From a virus, in the IMG/VR virus record IMGVR_UViG_3300038318_000399: DNA of 33,422 nucleotides; one strand, 5' to 3'. The stretch's first letter is position 1; each line of letters starts with the position of its first letter. A program made the position numbers and the translations under genes. Below, piece after piece: positions 25,038 through 33,422 of this stretch. The notes below the pieces were generated by a model. It made no database searches. It was not told the DNA's origin and was given only the letters and a program-made list of their open reading frames with translations.

Positions 25038-25229
25038 TCACCTACGCACAGCCTGTGCCGTCTCGACCTGCCCGATCGCAAAGCCGCAGCGCCGCCATGC
25101 CTCCGAGTCCGGCGGGATAGCGCAGAGGCCGAACCGCACGATTCGGCCCCGCTCAACGGTGCTCTCCCGCATGCAGACCTTTGTCATGCCTGCGTATTGA
25201 GCCCGGTAGTACCAACAGTCGTTTCCCAT
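25038..25229 (-). CDS. Cassette protein, paralog of 5818-6009
   Basis: Near-identical protein. Confidence 0.8.
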   Translation of the reverse strand: MGNDCWYYRAQYAGMTKVCMRESTVERGRIVRFGLCAIPPDSEAWRRCGFAIGQVETAQAVRR

Positions 25230-25230
25230 G

Positions 25231-25395
25231 CTATCGTTCCTCTACCACATGAGCCCGGATAGCCAGCGGCCGCAGATCCGGCGAGCAGTCATATGACTGG
25301 TGGACGAACGCGGCCTCTTCGGTCCTAAACCGGCGGTCGCAGACCCGGCACCGGAACCCGGCCCGGGTCTCGATGATCTTCTGTTTGACCTTCAT
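25231..25395 (-). CDS. C2H2-like Zn-finger cassette protein (54 aa)
   Basis: FRCRVCDRRFRTEEAAFVHQSYDC; ends VVEER. Confidence 0.7.
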   Translation of the reverse strand: MKVKQKIIETRAGFRCRVCDRRFRTEEAAFVHQSYDCSPDLRPLAIRAHVVEER

Positions 25396-25397
25396 AC

Positions 25398-25766
25398 CTA
25401 CTCCTTTACTATGTGGACGTTCATCAACTTCGACTTCAGCAGGTGTTTCAGCACCCGGCGGGCGTATTTCCGGTCGGCCTCTTTCTGATCGTCCGGCAGT
25501 CTCGAGTACGACACCCACAACTTCTTCCACCGTGCCAGCCGCTCCGGGGAGATGTTCTCCACCTCGGCAATGGCCTTCGACCACTCGACCCATTGTAGGT
25601 GCTCGAACCGGGCGATCTCCTCGATCAGCTCCTCGTACGAGTTGATCAGCCCTTCCGGGCAGCGGTCCATGTGCCCCGCGACCTTCCCGAAGACCGTGCA
25701 TTGAGACTTCCACGGGAAGAACTTGGGGCACCGGATTTCATCGCAGATTTTTACAGAGGGTTTCAT
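25398..25766 (-). CDS. Cys-rich N-terminus plus RyR-like domain cassette protein
   Basis: ARFEHLQW...W...Y..LP..QKEADR pattern of phage RyR-repeat proteins. Confidence 0.65.
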   Translation of the reverse strand: MKPSVKICDEIRCPKFFPWKSQCTVFGKVAGHMDRCPEGLINSYEELIEEIARFEHLQWVEWSKAIAEVENISPERLARWKKLWVSYSRLPDDQKEADRKYARRVLKHLLKSKLMNVHIVKE

Positions 25767-25948
25767 TTTTCTACCACATGAGACTGGATACAATCCAGAA
25801 CTTCCTTCGTCCTGCCGACGAACGCAAGAAGCGGCAGAATCGGGAGGAGAGATTCTAACATCGCTTCAATAGGTCGCTTGATGTGCCGATCATACTCGTA
25901 CTGCCGCCCCTGGAGAGAACCGGGGAGGTGCAGGTCTATTGGATTCAT
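25763..25948 (-). CDS. Cassette protein (61 aa)
   Basis: Between two junction motifs; ends VVEK. Confidence 0.65.
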   Translation of the reverse strand: MNPIDLHLPGSLQGRQYEYDRHIKRPIEAMLESLLPILPLLAFVGRTKEVLDCIQSHVVEK

Positions 25949-25951
25949 CTT

Positions 25952-26116
25952 CTACTCCTCTACCACCCTTCGGATCTCATCGTACGGCGACAGAATCGCC
26001 GGGTCCGGGCAATGCTTGTCGCAGGCGTAGTACAGATCGCTCGACGTCCCCTCTCGGCGGATCTCGATCTCCCAAGTCGCCAGCTGGCGGCATCCTCTCG
26101 TTGTGCATTTTGGCAT
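25952..26116 (-). CDS. Cys-rich cassette protein (54 aa), paralog of 5649-5816
   Basis: MPKCTTRGCRQLATWEIEI...ACDKHCPDPAILSP...VVEE. Confidence 0.8.
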   Translation of the reverse strand: MPKCTTRGCRQLATWEIEIRREGTSSDLYYACDKHCPDPAILSPYDEIRRVVEE

Positions 26117-26135
26117 CGTGTTTCTACCAAATCCG

Positions 26136-26276
26136 TTAGTCCACCGGCAGCGCCTGCCGCTCCGGGCAGAGGCACCGGTATTGATCGCAATTCCAGTTCT
26201 TCCGGTCGGGGCAACGGCAGTGGCACACCCCCTCCCGGGTCTCTCGCTCCTCGTGGGGGCAGCGGCGGGGCATCAT
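26136..26276 (-). CDS. Cys-rich miniprotein (46 aa)
   Basis: MMPRRCPHE...CHCRC...CDQYRCLC. Confidence 0.55.
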   Translation of the reverse strand: MMPRRCPHEERETREGVCHCRCPDRKNWNCDQYRCLCPERQALPVD

Positions 26277-26365
26277 TGCACCACCGCACTGAGCAAGACC
26301 CCGCCCCACATCAGCACCACCGTCACGATCACGCCGACCACGGCGAGCCAGCCTCGCACCGTCAT
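26273..26365 (-). CDS. Single-TM peptide (30 aa)
   Basis: MTVRGWLAVVGVIVTVVLMWGGVLLSAVVQ; ATGA-coupled both sides. Confidence 0.55.
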   Translation of the reverse strand: MTVRGWLAVVGVIVTVVLMWGGVLLSAVVQ

Positions 26366-26715
26366 ACCGGGACCGCCTCCGGTCGGGTCGGTTCGGTCGC
26401 CGGGGCGGGCCACCGGAGGTATTGACCGTCAGCGGTCCAGACCCGGAGGGCATCCGGCCCCGGGCGGCTGATATGTATGGCGTCCACGCCATGCGCTTTT
26501 AACGCCTCTTTCATGTCGGCGATGAGCCGGGATACCTTGATGTGGTTTTCACCGCCTCCTAGGGGGCATATGGTGCCCTGCTCCATCCACTGCACCTGCC
26601 AGGTGCCCGCGTCGGTCACCCAGGCATGCAATATGGTGATGCCCTCGGCCCGCTCCCAGCCCCGGATGATCTCGAGGAGCTGGGGGAGGAGGTCAGCCGG
26701 GGGAGTCAATCGCAC
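26362..26715 (-). CDS. Hypothetical protein (117 aa)
   Basis: GGAGG RBS; overlapping operon. Confidence 0.6.
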   Translation of the reverse strand: MRLTPPADLLPQLLEIIRGWERAEGITILHAWVTDAGTWQVQWMEQGTICPLGGGENHIKVSRLIADMKEALKAHGVDAIHISRPGPDALRVWTADGQYLRWPAPATEPTRPEAVPV

Positions 26716-26873
26716 CCCTCCGCACAGATAACCGGGGGCCGGCTGTAGCTCTCACGCCACCGGCGGCGCTGCTCTCGCTCGGTCGGCATCGTCCAGGGGA
26801 CGGTGATGTCACCGGCCCGGATCGTGGTCGTGGTCCGGGGGAGCGGGGAGGAGGAGTGGATGAGGCGGATCAT
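26706..26873 (-). CDS. Small hypothetical protein (55 aa)
   Basis: MIRLIHSS start, ATGA coupling. Confidence 0.5.
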   Translation of the reverse strand: MIRLIHSSSPLPRTTTTIRAGDITVPWTMPTEREQRRRWRESYSRPPVICAEGCD

Positions 26874-27034
26874 ACCCGCACCTCCCGGGGCCGGCGGGGG
26901 TAGGACATGAACCGGCCGCAGATGGGGCACATGTAGCCCTCGTCGGTCATGAGCATCTCGCCGCAGCCGTAGCGGCATTCAGGGAGATACACGACCGTTG
27001 GCGCGCGTTTTAGGTCGGCAAAGGCGGGAGTCAT
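26870..27034 (-). CDS. Zn-ribbon protein, paralog of 3694-3864
   Basis: ECRYGCGEML...CPICG. Confidence 0.7.
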   Translation of the reverse strand: MTPAFADLKRAPTVVYLPECRYGCGEMLMTDEGYMCPICGRFMSYPRRPREVRV

Positions 27035-27342
27035 CGTGGCATCTCCGTGAGGGAGTCTACTTCTTCCCATTGAGGGGGGAAATCAGACCATGGGCAGTTC
27101 TGCGGCGGGGATGAGTCAGGGCAGGCAATGATGATGCAGGGGTGGCGCTTTGGGTGGTAGGCGTTCCCGGGGCAACGATTGCAGCGGTAGATTTTCCGGG
27201 AGGAGTGGCCGCCGAACCATTCGGGGTTGTGCTCGCCGCCGGGGCCATCGGAGTAGGGGCAGGCATCCGGGACGCCGGCACCGTCACCGACCTGCAGGGT
27301 GCAGGGGTCGCCGCAGGAGGAGCACGAAAAAATCCGGGCCAT
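27031..27342 (-). CDS. Cys-rich protein with two similar Zn-binding modules
   Basis: CSSC..PC...P.ACP and CNRC..PC...P.NCP. Confidence 0.7.
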   Translation of the reverse strand: MARIFSCSSCGDPCTLQVGDGAGVPDACPYSDGPGGEHNPEWFGGHSSRKIYRCNRCPGNAYHPKRHPCIIIACPDSSPPQNCPWSDFPPQWEEVDSLTEMPR

Positions 27343-27510
27343 CTATACCCTCTCCTCTAGTGCCGCTATGCGGTCCTCTAGGGTCTGTATGCGCTCGTCG
27401 CGGGCAGCGAACTCGGTGTTTATCTGCTGTTCAATATCTTTATAGACCGTCCCGAATTTTTCGAGGATGGCCTTAAACTGTTCCGTTAGTTCTTTCGCGT
27501 CTTTTTTCAT
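27343..27510 (-). CDS. Coiled-coil miniprotein (55 aa)
   Basis: GGAGTGA RBS; MKKDAKEL...LEDRIAALEERV; hand translation. Confidence 0.7.
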   Translation of the reverse strand: MKKDAKELTEQFKAILEKFGTVYKDIEQQINTEFAARDERIQTLEDRIAALEERV

Positions 27511-27653
27511 GGTTTTTCACTCCTGTTTCTGTAGTATGTCCGGTAGCAACTCGGACAGATGCGATCCCGGGGTCCGGCACAGTAGAGCGGGACGTTCGCG
27601 TCCTCCTCCGTCGTTTCATAGGCGTTTCCGCAATTTTTACAGGTTCCAATCAT
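27507..27653 (-). CDS. Zn-ribbon miniprotein (48 aa)
   Basis: MIGTCKNCG...ICPSC; directly after Rep. Confidence 0.65.
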   Translation of the reverse strand: MIGTCKNCGNAYETTEEDANVPLYCAGPRDRICPSCYRTYYRNRSEKP

Positions 27654-27660
27654 TTTTACC

Positions 27661-29406
27661 TCACAGAAAATCAGCCAGGGAGTACGGCCTCCCGGTGGCC
27701 GGGTTCACGTCTCCGCCGGTCGGGCCGGCATCATCGACGGTGGCTGTAGCTCCTCGGCGGTGCTCGCGGTAGATGTCGAGGGCAGATCGGAATTTCAGAT
27801 GCCCTTTACGCCGCAGGTGCTCTATCCGCCGCTCGTCGGCGGTCAAAAACGGCGGCACAGTGGGGAGGATGTTCTCGGTCAATACGGGCGGCGGCTGCCT
27901 GGTGCGCCGGTTTTTCCGGTCATACCAGGCCATCCAGCCGGGGATATCTCCGGCGGGAGAACAGAACGCATAGCGCCAGTATGACGGATTTTGCTCCTTG
28001 AGGAGCTTGGTTTTGATTCTCTGATACCAGGCATCTACCTCCTCCTCGACGGTGAGGCGGGCCGGGTTGAACCGGCGGGAGGCGCTCATGAAGTTTTTGT
28101 TGAGCGCCCAGTAGAGTTCGAAGCCTTTGCGGTCGTAGATCGCTTTGTTCAGGTATTTTTTGAGGTAGTCGCGGGGCGATTCGCCAGATTTTGCATCGTC
28201 GGGACGGCCGCCGGCCCACTCCCAGATGCCCGTTTTCGGGTTTCGATGCACGGCGAGCGCCTTGACGATCTGCCCTTGTCCGCAGCGGTTCCAGTCTGCG
28301 GATATCTGTTCGCGTTTCGCTACCCAGGAGGTGCCAAAAACAATAATGTGCATGTGGACGAGCCCATTTTCCATAAATTCGTTAACCGCGACGTATCGGG
28401 GGCGGAATGAGCGCCCTTGAGTTTCTTGGTCGATGTATTGCCGGAACTCGTCAGAATGGACGGAGGTTTCGATCTCCTCTTCGGTGTATCCTTGTTTTTT
28501 CAGGATCTTCTCGCGGGTGGTCCGGAGGTCATCGATAAACCCGGCCCGGGCTCGCTTGGTGAGCAAGGCCGTGTAGCGGTTCCAGGCGACGCTCATATGT
28601 CGGTTGGCCCGCCAGAGGGAGCCGTGCATTTTGGGATCGGTCGTCAGGGTGAGGAAAACGGCGTTGGAATAGTATTTTTCAGCCTCTACCCAGGCTGCCT
28701 CGTATTTGTCGAGCGCCCTGGCGGACCGGGACCAGTCGTTAAAGCGGGTCCGGTAGGGGAGGGTTTTAAAGTCCTCTTCTTTGGGGCTCTCGGCGTCCTT
28801 GTTGACAAGGACGATTGTCTTATCCTCGATTTCTTCTAGGTAGTAGTTGTAATAGTCCCGGATATCGGCTAATTTTGCCTTCAGAAGAGGGTTTACAACC
28901 GTGATCGGTTTGCCGGTCTTCGGGTCTACCCGGCCCGTATCGAGGCGTTCGAAGAGCCGCCGCTTGTAGTTCGGGAGGAAGTCGTTTCTGACTTGGCAGA
29001 GGAGGGAAGCCGCTTTGAGCCGGGTGAGGCTGCTCCTCTTCGGGAACCGCACCCACCGGGGGATCTCCTGTTCGGGCTCGTCGGTGTCGTACGGATAGCG
29101 GGTCCGGAAGGCTCCCCGGGCCACCTGTCGGGGGAGGGTATCGCCTTCCAGGGTGTCCGGGTCGCGGGGTAATTTGCACGGGTTTGAATTTTGCACCTGC
29201 CTTATCAAGTTAAGGCCTGTACTGGTGGGCCGCCACCACGTACACGGTTTTTCGTCCAGCCCGTAATCGGAAATGCCGCGTTCCGATATCAGATAGCCGG
29301 CAGATTCGAGACGTTTTAGGAATCGCCGGATGCGGTGATAGATCGCGTTGTAGCCCGTGAGGGGGTCGCCTGTTTCCCGGGCGATAGCGGCTCTAATACG
29401 GTGCAT
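27661..29406 (-). CDS. rep: HUH rolling-circle replication initiator with N-terminal wHTH-like region
   Basis: Motif I FLTLTT, motif II VHMHII, motif III YLKKY (two Tyr); GGAGG RBS before ATG 29406. Confidence 0.9.
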   Translation of the reverse strand: MHRIRAAIARETGDPLTGYNAIYHRIRRFLKRLESAGYLISERGISDYGLDEKPCTWWRPTSTGLNLIRQVQNSNPCKLPRDPDTLEGDTLPRQVARGAFRTRYPYDTDEPEQEIPRWVRFPKRSSLTRLKAASLLCQVRNDFLPNYKRRLFERLDTGRVDPKTGKPITVVNPLLKAKLADIRDYYNYYLEEIEDKTIVLVNKDAESPKEEDFKTLPYRTRFNDWSRSARALDKYEAAWVEAEKYYSNAVFLTLTTDPKMHGSLWRANRHMSVAWNRYTALLTKRARAGFIDDLRTTREKILKKQGYTEEEIETSVHSDEFRQYIDQETQGRSFRPRYVAVNEFMENGLVHMHIIVFGTSWVAKREQISADWNRCGQGQIVKALAVHRNPKTGIWEWAGGRPDDAKSGESPRDYLKKYLNKAIYDRKGFELYWALNKNFMSASRRFNPARLTVEEEVDAWYQRIKTKLLKEQNPSYWRYAFCSPAGDIPGWMAWYDRKNRRTRQPPPVLTENILPTVPPFLTADERRIEHLRRKGHLKFRSALDIYREHRRGATATVDDAGPTGGDVNPATGRPYSLADFL

Positions 29407-29838
29407 GTTTGCACCCTCCTTGAGGATAGGGTAGAGGTCGAGAGCCTGCCCTCCGGTGTGGAAGAGGAACGGCGTACGGGTTGCGTGCGGGGCAGCTAAA
29501 GATTCCATCCAGAGAAACCCCGCGCGATTATGATCAGAGAGGTTTTTATGGAGGGAATGATACTATCTTGTGCCGCTTTGCGGCGCGGGGGTGGCGAAGG
29601 GTCTTGGCAGATCTCACAACCCCCGCAACCATTTTGTATTGATACAATCTTCTGAATCCAGATTTCCGGCAGAATAGAGGCATTTATCCCTATCTTCCGG
29701 GATAGATACCCATTATAGAGTATAAAGGGTCTAGGCATAGACCTAGGGTATCTGCCAAGATTATATAAATGTGGCGATTCTCCCGCGTCTGACACAGAAA
29801 AGGGGCGATTTGGTCACCTTGATGAAAAATAAACCGAA

Positions 29839-30789
29839 TTACACCTCTAGTTCTGTCTCATATATCCCATCATAGAGCACGGTCCCGAGCCGGTCGCCTT
29901 CGGTGTAGTGCGGGAGGTAGAGCGGGCGGCTGTAGGTCCGGGTGGGCAGGACCAGGTAGGCCTCGTTGGTCTCCATCGCTCCCCACCGGGGATTATACTG
30001 TCGGAGTTTCGGTTCATCTCCCGTAAATTTCGCCCCTCTTCTGAGAAGGAGCCATTCGAACGAGGTCCGGACGCCTTGGAACAGCTGGTTCCATTCGTGG
30101 GTGCTGGCGATGATCCGGATCCCTTCGTTTCGAAGCTTCTGGATGTTGCGCCGGATGTAGTTAATGGCCCGGTTTTGTGCCTGCTTTTCGCTCTGCTCGC
30201 CGGCATAGCCGTATCCCCATGCAGGGCACACGTTGTGGAATTCGTCTGCGATCATCGCCAGCGGGCGGTAGATCTGCCTGCGGTGGGCGGCGTATACCAG
30301 GTCAATGAACATATTGCTGATTTCCCGGGTGTAGATCGTCGGGTCCAAAATAAACGGTTCGAATGACGCGATGTTGATACGGTCGGCCGTCAGGTTGGCC
30401 CGCCAGATGTCGCGGCACGAGGAGATGGTTTTGAACTCGATATCATACTCCTTGTGCGCGTTGATCTCGATCTGGCAGCCGGGCAGGGTCCAGACGGTGC
30501 AGGGGCCGAAATACTCCGCCAGGGTCAGAATCTCGGAGCCCTTCCCGAGGTCGAACCAGAGGATCGCCTCGTCGGGGGCATACTCCCGGAATAAATCGAC
30601 CATCCAGTATAAGCCCTGCGTTTTCCCGGTCCCGGTGCGGCCGAGGGTGCAGAGGTGTTGCCCGGGGTGCTGGATGAACCGCTTAACGAACGCCCAGTAC
30701 CACATCCGCGAGGCGTCGCTATCGAAGGGGAGCGGGGCCTCGTCGCCGTCGAGGGCGTCTACGCTCTGTAGGTCAAGTGGTCGAGGCAT
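29839..30789 (-). CDS. P-loop ATPase (FtsK/HerA-like), putative packaging/morphogenesis
   Basis: Walker A GRTGTGKT, Walker B MIADE, downstream R...STH. Confidence 0.85.
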   Translation of the reverse strand: MPRPLDLQSVDALDGDEAPLPFDSDASRMWYWAFVKRFIQHPGQHLCTLGRTGTGKTQGLYWMVDLFREYAPDEAILWFDLGKGSEILTLAEYFGPCTVWTLPGCQIEINAHKEYDIEFKTISSCRDIWRANLTADRINIASFEPFILDPTIYTREISNMFIDLVYAAHRRQIYRPLAMIADEFHNVCPAWGYGYAGEQSEKQAQNRAINYIRRNIQKLRNEGIRIIASTHEWNQLFQGVRTSFEWLLLRRGAKFTGDEPKLRQYNPRWGAMETNEAYLVLPTRTYSRPLYLPHYTEGDRLGTVLYDGIYETELEV

Positions 30790-30898
30790 ATCTCCGATAT
30801 CCGATGTAGATCCCGAGCCCGAACGAGAGCAGGAGGAGCGCCCAGAGGACGGGATACGGGCAGTAGAAACTCGATGCTGAGATAAGGATGGTGGCCAT
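30773..30898 (-). CDS. Single-TM miniprotein (41 aa)
   Basis: VLWALLLLSFGLGIYIGYRR; hand translation. Confidence 0.5.
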   Translation of the reverse strand: MATILISASSFYCPYPVLWALLLLSFGLGIYIGYRRYASTT

Positions 30899-30948
30899 CT
30901 GCTCCGGGACCGGCCCGGCGAGCAGGTGCGCCGGGTCGGGGCCGGTGA

Positions 30949-31371
30949 TCATTCGCCCCGCCTCCGGATGGCCGGGCTCGGCATCGCAGCGCCTTCGATA
31001 TCCTCCTTCGAACAGAGGTTATACTTCTCGATCAGGGTGACGAGGGCCGTCCGGATCTCCCGGAGCGTGGTCTCGAACGTGGCCGCTTTTCCGTGGGTGT
31101 GGATGTCGTAATCGAGGATCGGTTCATACCCTTTCTCCAGAGTCACCAGATCGCCCAGCACCTCTTTTAATGCCGCTTCGATCTCCTCTTTGTCGGTGCC
31201 TTTCATGTTAGCCGCTTTCGCGGCGATATCACTGTAGAGTTCCCCGTGGAGCGTGAGCCGGAGCCGGATCGGGCCTCCGGCCGAGTTGGTGAGGGCCACC
31301 AGGGTATAACTCATGTGGTAGGAGATAGGGCCGAACGGCATTGAGCCGCCGGTGGGGGGGTTATAACTCAT
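30949..31371 (-). CDS. Hypothetical protein (140 aa)
   Basis: GGAGGGA RBS; ATGA coupling. Confidence 0.7.
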   Translation of the reverse strand: MSYNPPTGGSMPFGPISYHMSYTLVALTNSAGGPIRLRLTLHGELYSDIAAKAANMKGTDKEEIEAALKEVLGDLVTLEKGYEPILDYDIHTHGKAATFETTLREIRTALVTLIEKYNLCSKEDIEGAAMPSPAIRRRGE

Positions 31372-31778
31372 TGGTCGTTCCCTCCCTTCCACCAGTTCCG
31401 CGCCCGGGTGAGTATGCCGGGCTTGGAGTCTTCCACCGGGCCGGAGGGGGCGGACCCGAGCGGGCCGAGGTCGGCCGCCCGGCCGCGTTCGATGCCGATT
31501 AAGGCCTGTAGGTACTCCTTAACCCTCCGGCGGTCCACGCAGGGGGAGAGCTCTTGGTAGGTCTCGCACATCGCCAGCGTCGCCGGGCAGGGGAGGATCC
31601 CGGAGGCGTCCAGGGTGCGGTAGAGCGAGACCATGAACTGTTGCTCGCTGTTGAGCTCTGTCAGGTCTACTTTCGGGTTGGGGATGAGCGCCCGGACGGA
31701 TTCGAGCCGCTTTAGGCGCGGGTCGTTGTCCGATACGGACTTCTCGATAATCTCCTGTGCTTCTTCGGATATGGCCAT
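31368..31778 (-). CDS. Hypothetical protein (136 aa)
   Basis: GGAGGA RBS; positional analogue of 18362-18940. Confidence 0.7.
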   Translation of the reverse strand: MAISEEAQEIIEKSVSDNDPRLKRLESVRALIPNPKVDLTELNSEQQFMVSLYRTLDASGILPCPATLAMCETYQELSPCVDRRRVKEYLQALIGIERGRAADLGPLGSAPSGPVEDSKPGILTRARNWWKGGNDQ

Positions 31779-31780
31779 GC

Positions 31781-32239
31781 TTATCCTCCGTAGACCGATG
31801 CGGCTACAGCCCATCCAATCGCGGCCGCCATTGCCATCCCCATCAGGACGATGGCATACGAGGCGCTGCGGCTGAACATATTGCTGATGTTGGCCCGGTC
31901 GAACGCCCGGAAGAGGAGGGCGGGGGTTGTCTCAAGCCTGAGTGTTCGGACCTCGCCGGTGGTCGGGTCGGTGTAGTCAAATGGAGCGGTGAACGCTGCA
32001 CCCCACTCGAACCGGATCGCTGCGCCGGTCTTGGCGTCGAAGAGCCGCCAGTATTTTCCTTTGTCATCCTTGATGACGGCGGCCTCTGCTATGGGGCCGT
32101 ATGCCGTCCCCATCGCAAAATCTTTGGCCATGCCGTCCTCGTCTTTGAGGACTGCGAACTCTGCCGGTAGGCCGTTCCGGTCGAGCAGGACGCTGTTAAC
32201 GTTCTTGTAGCGTTTCAGGTATTTTAGGGGGTTTATCAT
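31781..32239 (-). CDS. Protein with C-terminal TM (152 aa)
   Basis: C-terminal AIVLMGMAMAAAIGWAVAA. Confidence 0.75.
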   Translation of the reverse strand: MINPLKYLKRYKNVNSVLLDRNGLPAEFAVLKDEDGMAKDFAMGTAYGPIAEAAVIKDDKGKYWRLFDAKTGAAIRFEWGAAFTAPFDYTDPTTGEVRTLRLETTPALLFRAFDRANISNMFSRSASYAIVLMGMAMAAAIGWAVAASVYGG

Positions 32240-32364
32240 CGTCTATCACGTCCTTTGAGTTGTGATCGTACGTTTTTCGTCGCTTCGTCGAGGGACTGCC
32301 CAAAGGCTTTCGCAATGGTGGTCCCGTTCTGGCATACCTTGATTTTATAGCGGTGCCGGTCCAT
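32236..32364 (-). CDS. Small basic protein (42 aa)
   Basis: MDRHRYKIKV...; fills gap with ATGA coupling. Confidence 0.45.
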   Translation of the reverse strand: MDRHRYKIKVCQNGTTIAKAFGQSLDEATKNVRSQLKGRDRR

Positions 32365-32370
32365 TTTCGA

Positions 32371-33246
32371 TCATCCCAGGGGGTTGAGTGCGTTGATGAT
32401 CCGCGTGATGATTGTTACCATTTTTTCAATGAGCCAGTACATGCCTTTAAATGCGAAAACGTTGTAATCCACCACTTTTTTTACGAACTGGAAAAAATCG
32501 CGGCTTTTGTTCGCGGCGTAGGTCATGCCGATGACTTCGAATAGGCCGGCGAAGAGCAAGAAATTTTCAATAAATATTTTCCTGAACACATACCAACCGA
32601 GCGATATCACCAGGTAGACGCCTTCCAGCAGGCCCCATAACAGGGCGAGCAGGTTACCCGGGGTTCCTTCGACCCGTTCGCTGATGGCAGCGTTCATATC
32701 CTCGATAGGCACCGTTGAAACGGCAATGCGGGTCTCCTGCGTTGAGGTGACCGAAACCCGGTAAATAATATCAGTGATAGCGGAGGATAGAGGGGTCCAC
32801 GCGCTCTTGCCGGCGGGTTGCTTCATCCAGAGGTGACGGCCGCCGTCGTCGTATACCCCATACTGGATTATATACGTCTGTGAGCCAAGAGAGCCGATGC
32901 CGAGCCATGTAGATTGCTCGTATGGGCCGGCGGTCTGGTTGCCCAGGCGATAGGTTACGATCTCGGAGGTCGGGCCGGTTGAGGTCCGGTTAATTTCGCC
33001 GGTGACGGTGCCCCCGTAGTCGTACAGAGTAAATTCTGTGATAGTGTCGGGGTTGAGGGTTATGAGCAGCTCCCCGATTACAGCGCCGGCGGGGTCGTAG
33101 GCGTTGAAATCAATTTGACGCGTCCACTCATCGTATGCGGTCGTTACGCTATCGGGCAGGTCCACGATGGTTACGGCCGCCGCAGGTGCGACGAGCACGG
33201 CCGCGAGGAGCACCAGGGCGATGAGAGGAACGCGTTTCATCGACAT
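32371..33246 (-). CDS. Secreted/membrane virion protein candidate (about 290 aa)
   Basis: Signal peptide, beta-rich ectodomain with NRT/NQT sequons, hydrophobic C-terminal third. Confidence 0.75.
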   Translation of the reverse strand: MSMKRVPLIALVLLAAVLVAPAAAVTIVDLPDSVTTAYDEWTRQIDFNAYDPAGAVIGELLITLNPDTITEFTLYDYGGTVTGEINRTSTGPTSEIVTYRLGNQTAGPYEQSTWLGIGSLGSQTYIIQYGVYDDGGRHLWMKQPAGKSAWTPLSSAITDIIYRVSVTSTQETRIAVSTVPIEDMNAAISERVEGTPGNLLALLWGLLEGVYLVISLGWYVFRKIFIENFLLFAGLFEVIGMTYAANKSRDFFQFVKKVVDYNVFAFKGMYWLIEKMVTIITRIINALNPLG

Positions 33247-33422
33247 CACCACTTCACCATGAGTTTGAGCAAGCCCAGCAGCAGGCAGATCAGCGCCAGC
33301 GCCCCGATGCCCTCCGCGTTATCGGCGATCATGTCTATGACAGCCTGCCCTTTCTGCTCATTTGTGCGCCGGTCGGGGGTGGGGGTGGCCCCCGGGTCGC
33401 CGGGAGTCTCGCCGGGGCCGGG
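33246..33422 (-). CDS. 3' end of a membrane-anchored surface protein (partial)
   Basis: PGETPGDPGATPTP linker then GIGALALICLLLGLLKLMVKW stop. Confidence 0.7.
   Translation of the reverse strand, partial: PGPGETPGDPGATPTPDRRTNEQKGQAVIDMIADNAEGIGALALICLLLGLLKLMVKW

Larger units (their letters stand above)
24842..26129 (-). repeat. TGGTAGA(GGA) junction motif array B
   Basis: Minus-strand TGGTAGA starting at 26129, 25965, 25776, 25247, 24858; variants at 25411 (TAGTAAAGGAG) and 27360. Confidence 0.85.
23624..33422 (-). mobile_element. Element B: putative rolling-circle archaeal virus (pleolipovirus/inovirus-like architecture), incomplete
   Basis: HUH Rep, own ATPase and membrane-protein module, C-terminus of another anchored surface protein at the window end, small coat-like protein. 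Confidence 0.6.

Noticed and set aside
27661-29406. Rep as conjugative relaxase or IS200/IS91 transposase
   Set aside because: Motif order I-II(HUH)-III(YxxKY) fits RCR initiators; no IS ends seen

Overview
The whole 33.4-kb window looks like archaeal mobile DNA; I recognised no host housekeeping genes. GC-rich codons, GGAGGTGA-type RBSs, TATA/BRE promoters, a GINS-like gene and an archaeal-type RCR Rep point to a Methanomicrobiales-like host (inference). It reads best as two related, probably membrane-containing viruses joined at a 77-bp exact repeat (1-77 = 23624-23700) encoding the spike signal peptide. Element A (1-23623, closable as a circle) has a minimal tyrosine integrase with a candidate attP, an origin-like inverted-repeat region without an obvious initiator, an early operon (frameshifted GINS-like gene, C5 methyltransferase), a DUF3560 accessory island, and a virion module (871-aa spike, several two-helix spindle-virus-like capsid candidates, an ATPase, a 771-aa protein with a possible ADP-ribosyltransferase domain). 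Element B (23624-33422, incomplete) has a HUH rolling-circle Rep, a second ATPase/membrane module and a 56-aa coat-like protein. The most striking signal: both elements carry arrays of tiny genes whose junctions share a TGGTAGA(GGA) motif that supplies the upstream gene's stop and the downstream RBS. Shared cassettes keep their post-motif sequence but have different neighbours, suggesting a cassette-shuffling system. Family calls come from motif recognition by eye; no searches were run.
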